In this document: one piece after another, positions 40,264 through 54,409 of the stretch | Layout of the letters: each line of letters opens with the position of its first letter | Numbering within the stretch: the stretch's first letter is position 1 | NCBI GenBank assembly: GCA_046563655.1 | Contig: CM102290.1 | Location: forward strand, 620,001 to 684,000 | Source: Yuukianura sp. NJ FZ-2021 | Taxonomy: Eukaryota | Direction: 5' to 3' | Length of the DNA stretch: 64,000 nt | Position numbers and translations under genes: made by a program | Notes under the pieces: generated by a model | Databases searched by the model: none | The model's input: only the letters and a program-made list of their open reading frames with translations | Told to the model about the DNA's origin: nothing

Positions 40264-43200
40264 CTAATCTGGTAGAATAACTTCTGGTTCACTTGTAGTA
40301 GAAGATGGACGATCATCGCGAGTAGAATAGTTGGGAAGTCCTGAGCGGGACACGGCCGTTCCTCGTCGTCGAAGAGCGGAAGTGTCAGCAGCTGATTGAG
40401 TGGTAGGAAGAAGTCCTGGTACTGGCCCGTTCTTCCTACTTCGTTCTCGTTCCCTCCTGATTACTGGAGCTGGAGTGTTACGAACAGCTTCCGCAGTCTG
40501 TCCGATTGACGATGATGAAGCACTGGAGCGAGTTTGGCGGCTGGAAGGTCCTGTCGTTGAAAGTGCTGTAGCAGCACTCTTAGTTTGAGGAATCAAATTC
40601 GGAACTGGTCTCTGCTGTTGCGATGGAGCAAAATTGGGTACTTGCCTCTGAGGTTGTGAAGTAGGCAAATTCGGTACTTGCCTTTGCTGTTGTGATGCAG
40701 GCAAATTCGGTACTTGTCTCTTCTGTTGCAGAGCAGCCAATTGTTTTTCCTGTTGGATACGGTTCAAATTTGGTACTTGGCTCATCGTTTGTTGCATATT
40801 GCGTTTGGCCTGGTTTCGAAGGTGCTCTTCTACGGATGTCGTCCGTTTGTCTTGCTCCTGTCCTGCAAATGCAGCCTTTGCCTGATTCCCCAGCATCTGA
40901 GCAAAATTGGGTCCAGTGGGATAGCCTAAGGACGAACCCGAAAACGTACTCGGCGGATACTGCGGCCGCCACGCAGATTGTACAGGAAGACGAGGAACCC
41001 CGGCAGTATTATGAGCAACACGAGGCTGAGTAGACAAGCGATAACCTTGCTGAGAGGTGCTCGGTTGTGGCTGGACTGGTGGACGCTGATGCTGTGTCTG
41101 AAAAAGGTTGGTCCAGTCCTTACCGTCACCAAAGATCGCCTTCAGTGAAGCTGCTGTTTCATTGACTTCTTTCGCATAAACTTGGATCTGCTCTGTACTC
41201 AAGCCTGGCGTTCTCATAACTGCGAATAGACGATCACAGTGCTGAAATTTGGCTCGACAAAGTTGAGTTATTTGGAAAACCTCGGCTGCGTTTTTCTCAG
41301 GATACTTTTCCGTGAGTGCCTTGTGGATCTCAAGAGTCCAAACGTCCATTACTTGAGGTTTCGGTTTATCTTCGTTAGTATATTCTTCCCAAGCTGCTCG
41401 TCGTTCCTCTTCAGTCAGTTCCTCTTCTTCTTTATTTTCCAAAAGGGAGTCATGCTCCAAGTAAGAGAAAATCCAGTCTTTATGTGAGATCAACAAGTCG
41501 GCCAAAAGACGATCTTTAGGAACAGCCGGAATTGGACGTTCAGTTGTATCATTTGGATTGAAATTGTACATTTCCTGGACTTCGTCATACTGGAAGTGAC
41601 GCTCAATTTGTTGTTCATCAACGACACGGCAGGAGAGTGATAGTTTGACTACTTGTCGATTGTAAATTTTTTCTTCCATGGTTCCACGAGCCAGTAAGCG
41701 ATAGATGTAGCAAGGTTTGTTTTGTCCAAATCGAAATACACGAAATATACTTTGGATATCGTGAGATGGATTCCAACTGGCATCAAACATGACGACTCTA
41801 TTTGCTCCAGTCAGGTTGATTCCTAACCCACCGGCTTTTGTAGAGATCAAGAATAATTTGGCACTGCAATAACAAAACAACAATTGTACGTTCACATTGA
41901 CTTCCACTTAATTTTTTGCAGGGTTGCGTTGATTTAAAGCAAGTTGATTAAATCAATGATTAATTCAACTGATTTAAAAAAAAATCATTGATTTAAATCA
42001 AATACATAAAATGCATAATTTGATTATTTTTTTTAATCAAAATTTCGCCTAATTCCTTCAATTTTTCGTGAACACTCTGCACTTTATCGTTCTCAATGTT
42101 TTACAGCATTTAATTTTGAAATTTTTGTCAACATGACTGATGATGCTGTGACGCGCAAGAATACTTGATACAGCCAAAATTGAAATTAGTTTTTACTTTT
42201 CTCGGTCTGAAGTGTGCAAAATTATTGATTTAAATCAGAAAATCATGATTAAATCAAAACATCATGATTTTTGATTACTTCTAAATCAAAATAATCCGCA
42301 ACCCTGATTTTTTTTTGTATCATTGCTTACCATTGTGCCCGATCCTGGTTGAACGTTTTGCAAGAACGGTGTCTGTCTTCTGATTTGACGCTGCCATCAA
42401 TTCGGAAGTATTCGATTTCTGGTCTCCATCTCCCAAGTCTTTCAGTTTCATCTCCATCTAAATCGATTACGCCCGATTCCTGTTCAACAGCTTCACGATC
42501 CATGTATTTGAGAAAAGTTTCAATCAAATCCAAGGAAGACAGGAACTGGCTGAACACCAGCACTTTGTCTCCGATTCTTGCACAAGTCTTGAGTATTTCA
42601 AATAATACTAGGATTTTCCCACTCAGTTCTGGAACTTCCAAGTTATCTTGAGTCTTCAGAATGGATGAATACCATGGACCAGAAGATGTAACTGGAGCAG
42701 GAGCAGGATCGTCTCCTTCTTTCGCTTTCTTTTTACCGTCGTCGTCAATAATTTCAACGTCACTCTCAGCCGAATGAGTCGTTGCATCTGAATCAGTCGT
42801 TTCTTCATCACAGATAAAGTCCTTGAGCGAATCTGCATCAGAATAGGACGATCCACTTCCATTTCGTCGACGGTTGAGGACTATAGGGTGAGTCCAGACT
42901 TTAACGAGAGACTGGTAGTCACAAAACAGCTGACGAGATAGAATAGTTCCATTGGCTTTTGCAGAAACGTTGGTCAAGTAGTAATGGTACAGATCTTTCT
43001 GCAGTTTAGACAGATTGATTGATATAGCATATTCATACTTCGGTGGTAAGTAGGGTGTAAGGACAGAGTAGTCTAACCGTTGAACACATCCGTCAAGTAG
43101 TTTATGAAGAACGTGAGCTCGTCGTTTCATGATTTGAACGTCATGTTGATCTGAACTCTTGTGTTGCCCTTTTTCAATTGGATTGACGAAACGATTACGA

Positions 43201-46200
43201 AATTCTTTCTTTGTTCCAAGAAGATTCGGTTTCACAAAGGACATCATAGTGTGATACTCCATTAGATCATTTTGTAGTGGCGTTCCAGTAAGAACAATGC
43301 GTCTGGCTGTTCGGATTTTCATAACGGCTTGAGCCTGTTTCGACGAAGCGTTTTTGAGTAAATGGCCTTCATCACATACGACCACTTCCGGTCCAGGATC
43401 CAGAAGAGACGATTCGATAATTTTGACTTCTCTTGGACTTGGTTTCCCTTTGCCTTTTTTCTCTCCCAGACTCGTCAGAGTTCGGAAAGAGTCGTAGTGA
43501 AGGATTCCGACTCCACCGAATTTTTCCCAGTCCGCGAGAGCATCAAATCGCTGCTTCCCTTTGAAATCCCAGAGTCTATGAAGCGGAACACGCGTTTCGC
43601 AGTCTGTACACCACTGACGAAACTCTGACCACCAATTCCCAACTGTGTTGAGTGGACAGATGACCAAGGCTCGTTTGGTCTTACAAATATCAGATGTCAT
43701 GACGGTGTGCAAAAATCCAATCGTCTGTAACGTGAAAAATCAAGGCATGTTAGTAAACTTTTCTAAACACTTCTCATTAGTATTAAAATCTTAAATTTAA
43801 CTAACCTGCAAAGTTTTTCCAAGTCCCATGCAGTGAGCTAAGATACAGCCACCGCCAGGTCCATTCTTTTCAACTGCCTCAATTGACTCGTAGCAATTGT
43901 CCCACATGAACTTGATTCCATTGAGTTGATGTGGCTTCAAACATTTGACGATGGACGGATCTACAGACACTTTGGGTTTCTTCGTCTGCCGATCAAAGCC
44001 CAACACAAGTTCCGTTGCACTTTCCTTGTTTGTCTTTGCCAGCACTTCGTTGTACTACCAATCAGAAAACAAAAGTAATTGAAAATCACATTCTACATAT
44101 CAATTAGTTTCGTCTCTTTCGTTACCAATTTTTGATTCTCTGCCACACGCCGTTTCCTCTCTTCCTCTTCTTTTCCTGCCTGTCTCGTAGTTTTTTGCAA
44201 GTCCTTTTTGCTTATGAGCTTTCGCAGACCAGTTTTCCCACTCGGAGATTCCTGGAATAAAATAAAGTAAGTAAAGTAACAATAAAATAAGTAAAAGTTA
44301 AGTAAAAACTAATTATTGGTGGCAGTTCTCACAGCAGTCTTCGTGCTCTTTTCCTTCTTTTTGGAGTCAACAATTACGCAATCACTGTCGGAAGAGTCAG
44401 TTGTGCTTTCCTTCTTAATTCTCAGTCGTTTCTTCGGTCTAAAATGAAAACAGCGAATGAAGTTAGCGAATAACGTTATTATAATTATGTACAACTTTCG
44501 CGGCAAGAGCTGAATTCTTACTGTTTTTTCTTGGTGCTCGTTTCAGACTCAGAACCGCCGGAACTAACACCACGTTTAGGTCGAACCCTCGACGTAATTC
44601 CCAAAGGCTTAACGTCCTCATCAGAATCACTTTCACATATCTCCTTAATTTTCTTGCTCAGCAGTTTAGTATTCCTAAAAAATCAGGCGATCATAAGAAA
44701 CCATCAATACAAAAAGGGAAGTTAAAAAAATATCAAGTGTAGTGAAGTAAGTTTTTACAGTAGTTTCTTTCGTGTAGGCAAAAAGTCACTGTCGGAGCCA
44801 GAATCTGTTTGTCTCTTCGATTTGTCTTTCCTACAAGCCAACATCAAATAAAACGTCATGTGGTCTCAGATAAGTTGTTATTTTTTCCAAAACAAAAACT
44901 GTAACTTGGAAAATATTGAAATAGAAATATTTGAAAGTAACTCTTACCTGTCCTTTCGTTTGGTTGACTTTTTCGAAGTTTCTTCCGAAGGTGAGTCCAC
45001 AGAACGAAAAATGTCCACATCCACACTTACAATCTTCTTTTTCCCACTCTTGTCCGCTTCATCGCCATCTTTTCCCTTCAATCTATTATAAAAAGAACCC
45101 GATTTTTAGTATCCGCTATCCACAGGAATTCAGTAAATTATCATTGGAAATTAAATGTGCCGCACTTCTTTTGCTTTGACTTGTCTTCCTTTTCATCAGA
45201 TGTACTATCAGCATTTGATTCCGAATCCTTTTTTTCCTGCTTCACATCTAGCGTTTGTTCATCCTTGGATGTCTCTTCTTCTTCTTCAGACGAACTTATT
45301 ATGACTCTTAGCTTCGATAAAGAAATGGGTTTCTGTTTGTCTGATTTCTAGCAAAGTAGAAGTAAATGCGTTCAAAATTTCAGTATCTCATCTAGCCATT
45401 TCGAAATTTTAGTTTTACAGACCTTTTCCTTTCCCTTGCTCTTTTCGTCGTCTGACGTTGCTTGTACTGGTTTCTTCTTTTTGGCTTTATCGTTTTTCAC
45501 CGCTTCTTCTGCAGATGACAAATTGTCTTCCAAGTCACTTCCAGAAGTACTACTGCTATCAACATTAGGAAATGAAGTGGAGGGAGCCTCAAGATCAGCA
45601 CATGGAATGGTGGCGACATCAGAGTCTACAAAAAAAAACGTAAAACGTTGGTAAGTCGTTTCGTTACAGCATTTGTATCGCAAAAAAAAACAACAGTTAC
45701 TGTTCAAGAAATCTCACTTTACCCCAAACTACAATAGAAATTCAAAAACTATAAATTGGAGTAACAACTTCCTTTTAAATCATTGTTAAATTAGTTAAAT
45801 TCATAATTATCTAACCTGATTCTGACGATAATTCGACGCAACTATCCGATGAATCATCTGTATCCTGCTTCTTTTTCTTGCTCTTCTTGGAATTCTTGGC
45901 CGGAGTGAGTGAATTCGCAGTACTCTTCTTGGGCAGTGACTTTTCCGTTTCTTTGCAAATCCTGGTACATAAAATCATTTGTACTGGCAGAAAGAAACAA
46001 AAATGTTAAAAAATGTTTGTAATTTCACTTACCGTGTGAGGTTTCTTTCCAACTTAAGTAAAGCATCCTCATCACTCTCATCATCCACGTCCGAAGAGCT
46101 TTGGATTACCTTAGACAAGTTCCGCTTACTCGTATAGTGATTTAGTGTTCCCTCTGAAAGTTTTTCAACAATAACCTTTGTGATCTGTGTCAACTTAGGA

Positions 46201-47500
46201 CATTTGAGCAAATCTGATTCTCCTCCGGCCTCACTCGACTTCTCCTTTGAAGTAGAAGGTAGGTGATCGTCTTTGTCTGCCAGTCCATGCTCTGGATCAG
46301 CATCGTCAGTAGGTGTTGGAGGAATAATTTCAATGCTTTCCAAATCCTGTGTCACTGGAGTGGACGATCGGTTGGGTTCGAAGGCGACCGAATTCTCTTC
46401 AGACTCAATGGCAATATTAGTGGTGGATTGATCATCTGAGGTTGAAGACGTCAGGGGATCAGTTTCCATGACTTCAGAGCTCTTTGAAAGTGGTGAACTT
46501 TCATGTTCAAGAGCAGCAGGATCTTCATGTTCAAGATCAGCAGCATCTTCCTGCTCAAGATCAGCAGCATCTTCCTGCTCAAGATCAGCAGGCTCTTCAT
46601 GCTCAAGATCAGCAGGCTCTTCATGTTCAAGATCAGCAGGATCTTCATGTTCAACATCATCAGGATTAGAATGCTCTTCACTATCCAGTGTCTGACCGGC
46701 ATCGGTAGTGTCCAAGTCTGAAGATGAAATGGAAATTGTTTCATCTGCAACTTCAACCGGCTGATGTGTCTCGGGTTCGGTAACAGCGTTAGTAGTTGCC
46801 ACGGATATCTCGGACGAGTATGAGTGAACGTTTGATGGTCGTTCTTCTGGAAACAAGGTTGGTTTCACTTTTGACGGTGTATTGTTTACAGTGACCAATG
46901 TTGAGTTGGTGACGACTGCCTCCGGCGAAGAAGGCTCTGGAGAGCTCACCTCTGCAGTAGTAGTAGGCTCATTGCCAGTTTCCGAATTCAATCCCGAATG
47001 TGGTTCTTCAAATGTAGTAGTGGATGAGGGCGGTGTTATTTCTAAAGACCGGTCGGTTGTACTGGCCAGCTGACTACATCCAGGCGGTGTTTGTGAAGTA
47101 AACCGATTAAGCATTTGATAGCGCAGATCCACGTTCAGATTGTTCATGATTTCCATGAACTTGTGGGTAGTTCCATCAATTTGATTCAGTATGGATTTGG
47201 CCAACCTTTCAGACCTATGTAAATGAGTAATGACGGTTAGAGAATAACAGTTCTACCTACTTTATTTATGTGACTGTGAACATACACTTTGTTTTGCTTG
47301 ACTAGCTTTGGTAAGTCTGGAACAATACAACGCTTCCGAATTGTTTCCAAGTCATCCTTCAAGATATCTGCATTTCTCTGGATCTGATCATAGTAGAACA
47401 GGACCAATTTGTCAAGCTTGAGATCCTGAGTATTGAAACTGGAATCGGGCGAATCGTCTGAAATATTTTCCATTTCCACGTCCATCGCTTCATCCATCAT
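40264..47500 (-). CDS. ATRX: ATRX/XNP-like SNF2 chromatin-remodelling helicase; multi-exon
   Basis: [118 protein letters not shown]; long acidic/Lys-rich N-terminus. Confidence 0.95.
41919..42306. mobile_element. hAT-type MITE (388 bp) in the last ATRX intron
   Basis: TIRs cagggttgcg / cgcaaccctg; flanks attttttg/attttttt (7/8); subterminal gattt(a)aatca repeats at both ends. Confidence 0.82.
46498..46662 (-). repeat. 24-nt coding repeat ([12 protein letters not shown], about 7 copies) in the ATRX N-terminus
   Basis: [51 protein letters not shown] in ORF 46029-47204. Confidence 0.9.
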
Positions 47501-48930
47501 CGGTCACCTAAATAACAGGAAAATCAAAGAGAATTAGAAACTTTAACATCAGCAACTCTAGTAACACACCAATGTTCATATACAAATAACATGTTCTACT
47601 TAAATCGTTTACTCACCTACGGCACCGGCACCCTACCCTTCCTCTCAACCCAACCGGGTCGACGGGGAAAGACGTAGGACTGATCGACAGGTCAAACTAC
47701 GGTGACTTCTTTACAACTTACAGAAGTACTGCTACTAGATACTGTCCAGATAATTTGACAACGAGGAAAGGCAGGAGTATCCCCCTGTCAATCCAAAAGT
47801 AGCCGCAGCCTTAGACCGAGTTCAATCAACACCTACTAGACCAATCAGCGACTTATTAGTTGTACTCTCTGTATTTTTAAGTAGAATATTAATTAGTAAT
47901 TAAGTTACCTTATCGATCTGCTGTCACACAGTTCATAACTGATCACAAACACAACTGCCAAAATCAGACTGTCTCCCACCGCTTTTTTGCAAGCCTACAG
48001 CTGTAAAAGGCGGGTGTTGTAAACAGTAAGCTTATTTCGAAACAAAGAAAAATAATTGCAGAATACAAAATACAAAACTCCCCATCCGTCAAATATCAAA
48101 ATTAAATCAAATTAAATCAAATACAAAAATCAAATTAAAAATTTCTTTTTCCAAATAGTTAATTAGAAAGATTGCTTAGTTAATTAAATTGCGTTTGTTT
48201 TACTTAGCCTATGAATAATTTACTAGGCGAAATTAATCACATGTATTACTCCGAACTGTTTAGCATTTGTATTATTTTATCGAGTTTTGTAGTTTTGCAT
48301 TGACCATGTTTTAGTTTTGCAGTTACGAAATAGCAAATGTCAAATTTTGCAAATACAAAATAGACAAAGAGAAAATAACCCGCCTTCGGCCGCTCAGAAG
48401 TCCCACCCACAAAAAAAAGCATCTCACAACGTAAATGCCGATCATAAAAGCTGTCAATTAATGACTTAATTTGCAGAATCTGCAATTGAGCAAATAGCAA
48501 ATCATTTTATGAAACTGTCGAAAATTAATCAACTTTGTGAAAGACAACACGAAGAAAAGATTTTAGGATGTCTGCATGAGCGACCACTTGGTTCTGGATA
48601 AACGCCTGCGAACTTTTTTCTTTAGCAAACTTTACCTTCGCTACAAAAGCTCTTAATTTATCAAGGTCAACGTTTTAGACTCACTGTATTTTATTTGAAA
48701 GTACACAAATTAACAACAAATTGGAAACCCTATTCGTAAATTAATTTTACAGCCAAAAATCAATTTTTCTACAAAGGCTTCTGTACTAAAGATTAAGTAA
48801 CAACTTGGGGAAAATGTGTGAGTCTGCAACTAAACACAAAAGCTAATCTAAATTCAAATTTATGTAACACTGGATCGGCCAGTCCAAAGTTAATCTGTAA
48901 AGTTCATTAGACACATAGGCCAGTTTTGTT

Positions 48931-51900
48931 TTAAGTGGTGACATCTCCCGTCCAGTCGATGTCCAGCTCTTGGATGCCCATCTCTTCCACATAACGCAGA
49001 GTGGCTATAACTGGATCTTTTTCACGCGTGAAAAATTGAATCCAATGACGGCGGAATCTGTGATGAAATTCGACTCTGACTCGATCTGTGTACGCCGTTG
49101 GATCCAGTAGAGCGTCCAGTGCAAGCGTATAATACGATGACTCAGCCGGGAATTTTTCTGTAACAAATTATTTGACTTCGCGTTATACGCCAATAAATCA
49201 GGTAGTAACTCAAGTATCAACTCACCGCGTGAATACTTGAGCAGGCTGAACATGTCCGTAATTCTATCCGATTCTCGGTTCAAATCCAGGTACTCTCCAA
49301 CAAGCAACGGTAGTGGTCGGCTCATAACTGACGAAAAGAGGCGATCGACATGCTCAATATACAGTTCATATCCACGACGAACGCCAGGAAACTCCGCAAA
49401 TCTCTCCGTCATTAAGATGTCCAGTTCACGAGCCTGCTTCTCCGTCCTCATGTACATAACCACCATTAGATGGATTTGGTCCATGTGATTCAAAGGCATC
49501 TTTCCAAGAATTCGTTATTCACACAAAAGTTTAGTCAAATTAACTTTATGAACTTCGGAACTTTTTTTGACTCACTGAAATAAAGTTGTCGTCCCCTTTG
49601 ACAAAACTATCGAGCAAGTAGAGACGGAAGGCATTGAAGCGGTGGTTATTGTAACTGCAACCTTCTGAAAGGACAAGGCCGTAGAGACACTCCAATTGGA
49701 TGCTGCGGATTTCATCTTGGTTTCCGTACAGTCTGGATCTCATGTCCAGCACTTTCTGACGAGTGTCTACAATTTTCCGAATAAATGGGCGACAGGTCCA
49801 GATTCCAGCTCGGCAAAGCGGGCAAGTCTAAAAACGAAATGAAAATAGAACTTGAAGATGTCTAAAAGTAATCTTGATAACGAACATCACCTTTGCCCGG
49901 ACCGTGGATTCAGTACTAATAGAGATTGACATAATCCTGTCCAACACGGTGTATTCGAAGGTATGTTTACAATGTTCCAGGAAGACAAACCGATCTTCTT
50001 CTCCAAGCTCGTCCAGTTCCTTCCCGGTAAGCAGAATACTGCTGACGGACTCTTTATTACAGTTGACACACAAAGGTGGGCACGGTTCTGACAAAGTACA
50101 ACATACAATTGGTAAAGTAATCGGCCAACCATGAAACTGTCCACTATGTCCATTCTATTTATAGACATCTTACCTCCGCAGTAGCCGATACACTTGCAAC
50201 CACACGGGAGGACATTTTCACATGGTTCACGACATAACTGTCGGTCGCATTCCTCGCAACAGAGTTTCGTACATTTGAGGTGCTTACACTCCCAATTGCA
50301 TGGTTTCTAGAAACGAAAATAACAAAATATTTTGTTTGTTTTTCGTAAACTGTCAAAATCTTCAACCAAATTCAAAATCAATCAACTTTACCAAACACGG
50401 GTCGCATCGTTCGCCACACTTTTTAGGGCAAGTGCCATGTTCACAGTAAATCTCGCAAGGCTTCTGGCAAGGTGGGCAATTGTACGGTGGACAGCATACT
50501 GAACCACAACTGGAAATGAGAATTGACCAAATCATTACTATACTTTAACTTAACACTAACAGCTGTAGTATGTACTAAAAGTTATACAAACTTACTAATG
50601 ACCGCAGTCAAGGATCCGTGTACATTGAGTCTTGCACCTTACATGAAATCGTCCTTGGTAACAACTTCTGCACGTTCTGAATAATTAATTAAAAAGTTAA
50701 TTCTATTCCTTTGCTTTCCGTTGACATGTTACAAAGTGCAGAATATCCGAGTGCTGACCCTTCACATTGGTGTTTGCAGGATGCTTGAGTGCAAGGTGCT
50801 GTGCATGCGTCCAATAGTTCTTCATACGTGCTAACAAATTCAATAAACGTATTATAATCGTTACCATTGCTATCTCAGTGTGATCATAGTTAGAGTTACT
50901 TACACGTCAAACTGCCGATGACATGGGACGCTAACCTGCAATGAACGTCAACATGGATGTCAAATATTTACGTCATACGTCAACAATAGACGTCAAAAGC
51001 AGTCAATAGCTCACCATGTGTCCACACCCCGCAGGTTCTCGCATGACAACTAACGTTTCACATCGATCACGAGCAACACTTTGCTCTGAACACTTTACGG
51101 TGGATGTGTGGTTACAAAATCGTTTTGGCACGGACAACAGCTCCTGCACAGACACCGATAGATTTATATCAGTAATCGACAAATATCAGGATAGGCGTAA
51201 TCAATTACTTCACAAGGGTAGGCATTGCAGTCTTCATAACACAAGCGACGGCAAAAGTGGTCGCAAGCCAATTTCTTCATGCAAGGTTCTTTGCACAAGA
51301 TGTTTTCAACGGTCACCACCAGTTTGTTTCTGCAAGATAAAGTGGAACATCAGTCACAGATACTAACCAACAATATAAAACACTGCAAAACTCACCTGGA
51401 ATTGTTGTGCTCACACTGTTGTCCCCCACTGGAGTGTAGCAGTCGTTCCTGATCCAAGCAATACTTCATCAACGTCTGCGGTGACCTTAACATCAAACAG
51501 ATACATTACCTTAACTGCTATGGCCAAACTAAACAACACAACATAACACTTGAAATATGACGACGTACATGGTATGAAGTAGGGCAGTGGGCACCATAAC
51601 CTAAAATGGAGTTTAACAAATAAGTTCAAAGTTATTGTTCAAATACAAGGCTAGCTTGCTCATTTTCGATCTGCTTACAGATTTGTTATGGCCGCATACT
51701 GCAGATGTTCGATGGCCAATGCCGCTGCATGTAGATCCCTGATCGACTAACGTCGAATTTATGGTCATAGTATGTGAACAGCCTTTGAACGATATCAACA
51801 GCGATTCCTATTTAAAAAGTGCAAAGAAAAGAGTCATAACCTCGAATGAGAGACCAATTAATTAGACCTAACTAGTAAAAGTAAAATGTTAAGGTGGATG

Positions 51901-52098
51901 TCGCTTTACCCAGTCGTGTGCTAGGAAATGGAAGGCTGTCCTGGAGTCCTTGAGGTCAAACAGGCCTTTGCCCTGCAATTGTAGTTGCGCTGCAGAGTCA
52001 GCGGTGTCAGGTCGCGTATGATCTCTTGGGCCATTTTCCTGAGAAAAGTCTGGGGCAGGAGGTACGTCGATGTCAAACAACAGTAAATCGTCACCCAT
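48931..52098 (-). CDS. ZNFX1-like protein consisting of NF-X1-type Cys/His repeats plus the ZNFX1 C-terminal region; no helicase; multi-exon
   Basis: Spliced LCKEPCMKKLACDHFCRRLCYEDC, KPCNWECKHLKCTKLCCEECDRQLCREPCENVLPCGCKCIGYCGEPCPPLCVNC and EEDRFVFLEHCKHTFEYTVLDRIM...AKTCPLCR follow the ZNFX1 C-terminal motif order. The last exon ends ...DWTGDVTT*. Confidence 0.75.
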
Positions 52099-52572
52099 TA
52101 TCCAAGTCTAGATAATTGATCCAATATGCACGATTTAATACGAATTTCAACTGCGATGTAAAACAAATGCGAAGTGAGGTTAAAACGAATTACGAGATAC
52201 GACTGCGATTGTGATGTGATCTGATGTGAATGTGATGAATGTGGTACCTATCCGACGAGACGATCCGTGATCCGCCTAATCCGCTCTTTAGGGAGACCCC
52301 GTTTGCACTTGAAAATTTCAGATTGAAATTGTTGTTTATGTAATTTCTTTTTTATTTTTAAATAATTCATAGTAATTAAACAAACTTAATCTGAACTAGC
52401 GTAAGTTAATTAAGAAAGAAAATTTCAGCATTGGAGGCATTACAAGAGGTAAGCTGGTAAAGGACACAATTTGCCAGAATGACATAATATAGTTACTTAA
52501 ATTGAATCTGTAATCCCCTGCTTTGTATTAATTAGGTGTGACGAACTTAAACTTACAAGACGGCGACCAAAC

Positions 52573-54409
52573 ATGGCCGCTACATTCATTCGGACATTTC
52601 ATATTGGCCAATTGCGGAGGAAATCTCTATTTACATTTGTCCCATTTCGGCTGCAAAGTTCTGCCACACAACCGCAGCATGACCCTGCAAAACCGTTAAG
52701 AAAAGTGGATCCATTTTGCCTAGCGGATTCCAGTGACAACGAATTGAGTTTGGTGGTCCAAGGTCTGTATTCTTCCAATACTCCCGCGGATTCCCAAGGT
52801 CCTGTAAACTCCGACCTTCAACAGCCAAATAGTCGTCAAGTCTACACTTCTTGGTTGCAAGAACGAATAATCTCACGACGTCAAGAAAGGATAGCACGGG
52901 AACCGGGATCTGAGCTTGCTAGATCTGCTACGTTTGGCTCAATTCGTTTCGATGCTGATAACGTTCCAAGGGAAGGTCAAGAGCTTGATGACGAAGAATA
53001 CAATTTGGCAGAAGAGCACTCTGTTGACCTACTGGAACTTGACAGTCCTGAACCTCAGTTTTCAGTCGCAAAACAGACTAAAGGAGTTACTACGTCACCT
53101 TCAGAACAAGAAAAGAGGCAGTCACACACTAATCCTATGAATCCCAAAATTGCTGCCATACTACAAAAAAACGATGTGCAACCACCACAACAAGAATTTG
53201 CTTTAGCCTCATCGCCTCTTCCTAAGATATACCAGATCCAATGCCTGAACAATCTGACGCGTGCTGAAATGTGGGCTCTGCTCCGGGATAACGTTGTATT
53301 TCAAAACGACTTTTTACTTGCAGTTAACAAGCCCTATGGACTACCAATTCACACACCAACAAATGAGTGTCGGCACACAATTTTAGATTTCTTAGATGAA
53401 CTGACCACATATTCTAAATCAAATGAGCAAGTTATCCCGCTGCATCGACTCGACAAGGACACAACTGGTAGGTGATTGATTTTTTCTTGTTTCAAAATCA
53501 AAATCATGCAATCTTACTCTAAATTTAATCCATTTTTTAACACCAGGGTTTTGTTTTGCATAGGTGTTTTACTATTTGCAAAAACCCAAGTCGCTGCGAC
53601 AATCATCAAAGAGAAGTTCGCCACGCGACAGATCCAGAAGAAGTATTTAGCCATTACCAAAAATTTTCCGTCGATGACCAGCGGTTAGTTTGTAAAAATG
53701 AGTACCACAATTCAATAGCTTATTAGTGTTAATAATATTATTATTAATTATTATATTAATAATTATAATAATGAATTACAGGAACAATAGATATACCAAT
53801 CGGAGAAGGAAAAGTGGCTGGTACAGATTCATACCGAGCCGTTCTTAAACCAGACCTACGAAAGTTCGACATTGCAAGCTCTCAACGTGGTGCCAAACCA
53901 GCCGTAACACATTTTCAAGTTAGTTGTAACTTCTGCCACTATTCACAAAACAAACGAACAAAATATAAAAATTGCTTTATATTTAGGTAATTCGAACGTC
54001 AGATAATTGCAGTTTCATGGAAGTGAGGCCCGTAAGCGGCGTAAAACATCAAATTCGAATTCACTTGGGAATGGGATTGGGATGTCCAGTGCTTGGAGAT
54101 CACAAGTATTCTCATCGCGAAAAACTGGCTCCTCAGGTTAGACTTAAAAATCAAAAACGATTCTTGGTCCGTCTCCACTCTATTACTCTAATGTAATTCT
54201 TGATTATCTTTTAGAGATTGTCACCAACGGTGTTGAATTGCCTCAAAATCAAACAAAGCAAAGTCCGCTACCTTCCGCTCCATCTTCACTGCAGCTCAAT
54301 TGAATTTAAAATGCCTGCCGGATTTTGCAAAAACGATGAACCCGTATTTGCTCATTGTAGGCTACCCAAACATTTTATGTACTCGCTAAGGGAACTCAAA
54401 CTCAAGTAA
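52573..54409 (+). CDS. RPUSD4: Mitochondrial RluA-family RNA pseudouridine synthase, RPUSD4-like
   Basis: Arg-rich mitochondrial-type presequence; LAVNKPYGLP, LHRLDKDTTGVLLFAK, GVKHQIRIHL...CPVLGDHKYSH, VRYLPLHLH. Confidence 0.88.

Noticed and set aside
49005..49225. Listed stop at 49005 as the end of the ZNFX1-like gene
   Set aside because: A typical GTGAG...TTACAG intron near 49225-49158 shifts the frame and gives a more plausible end at 48931.
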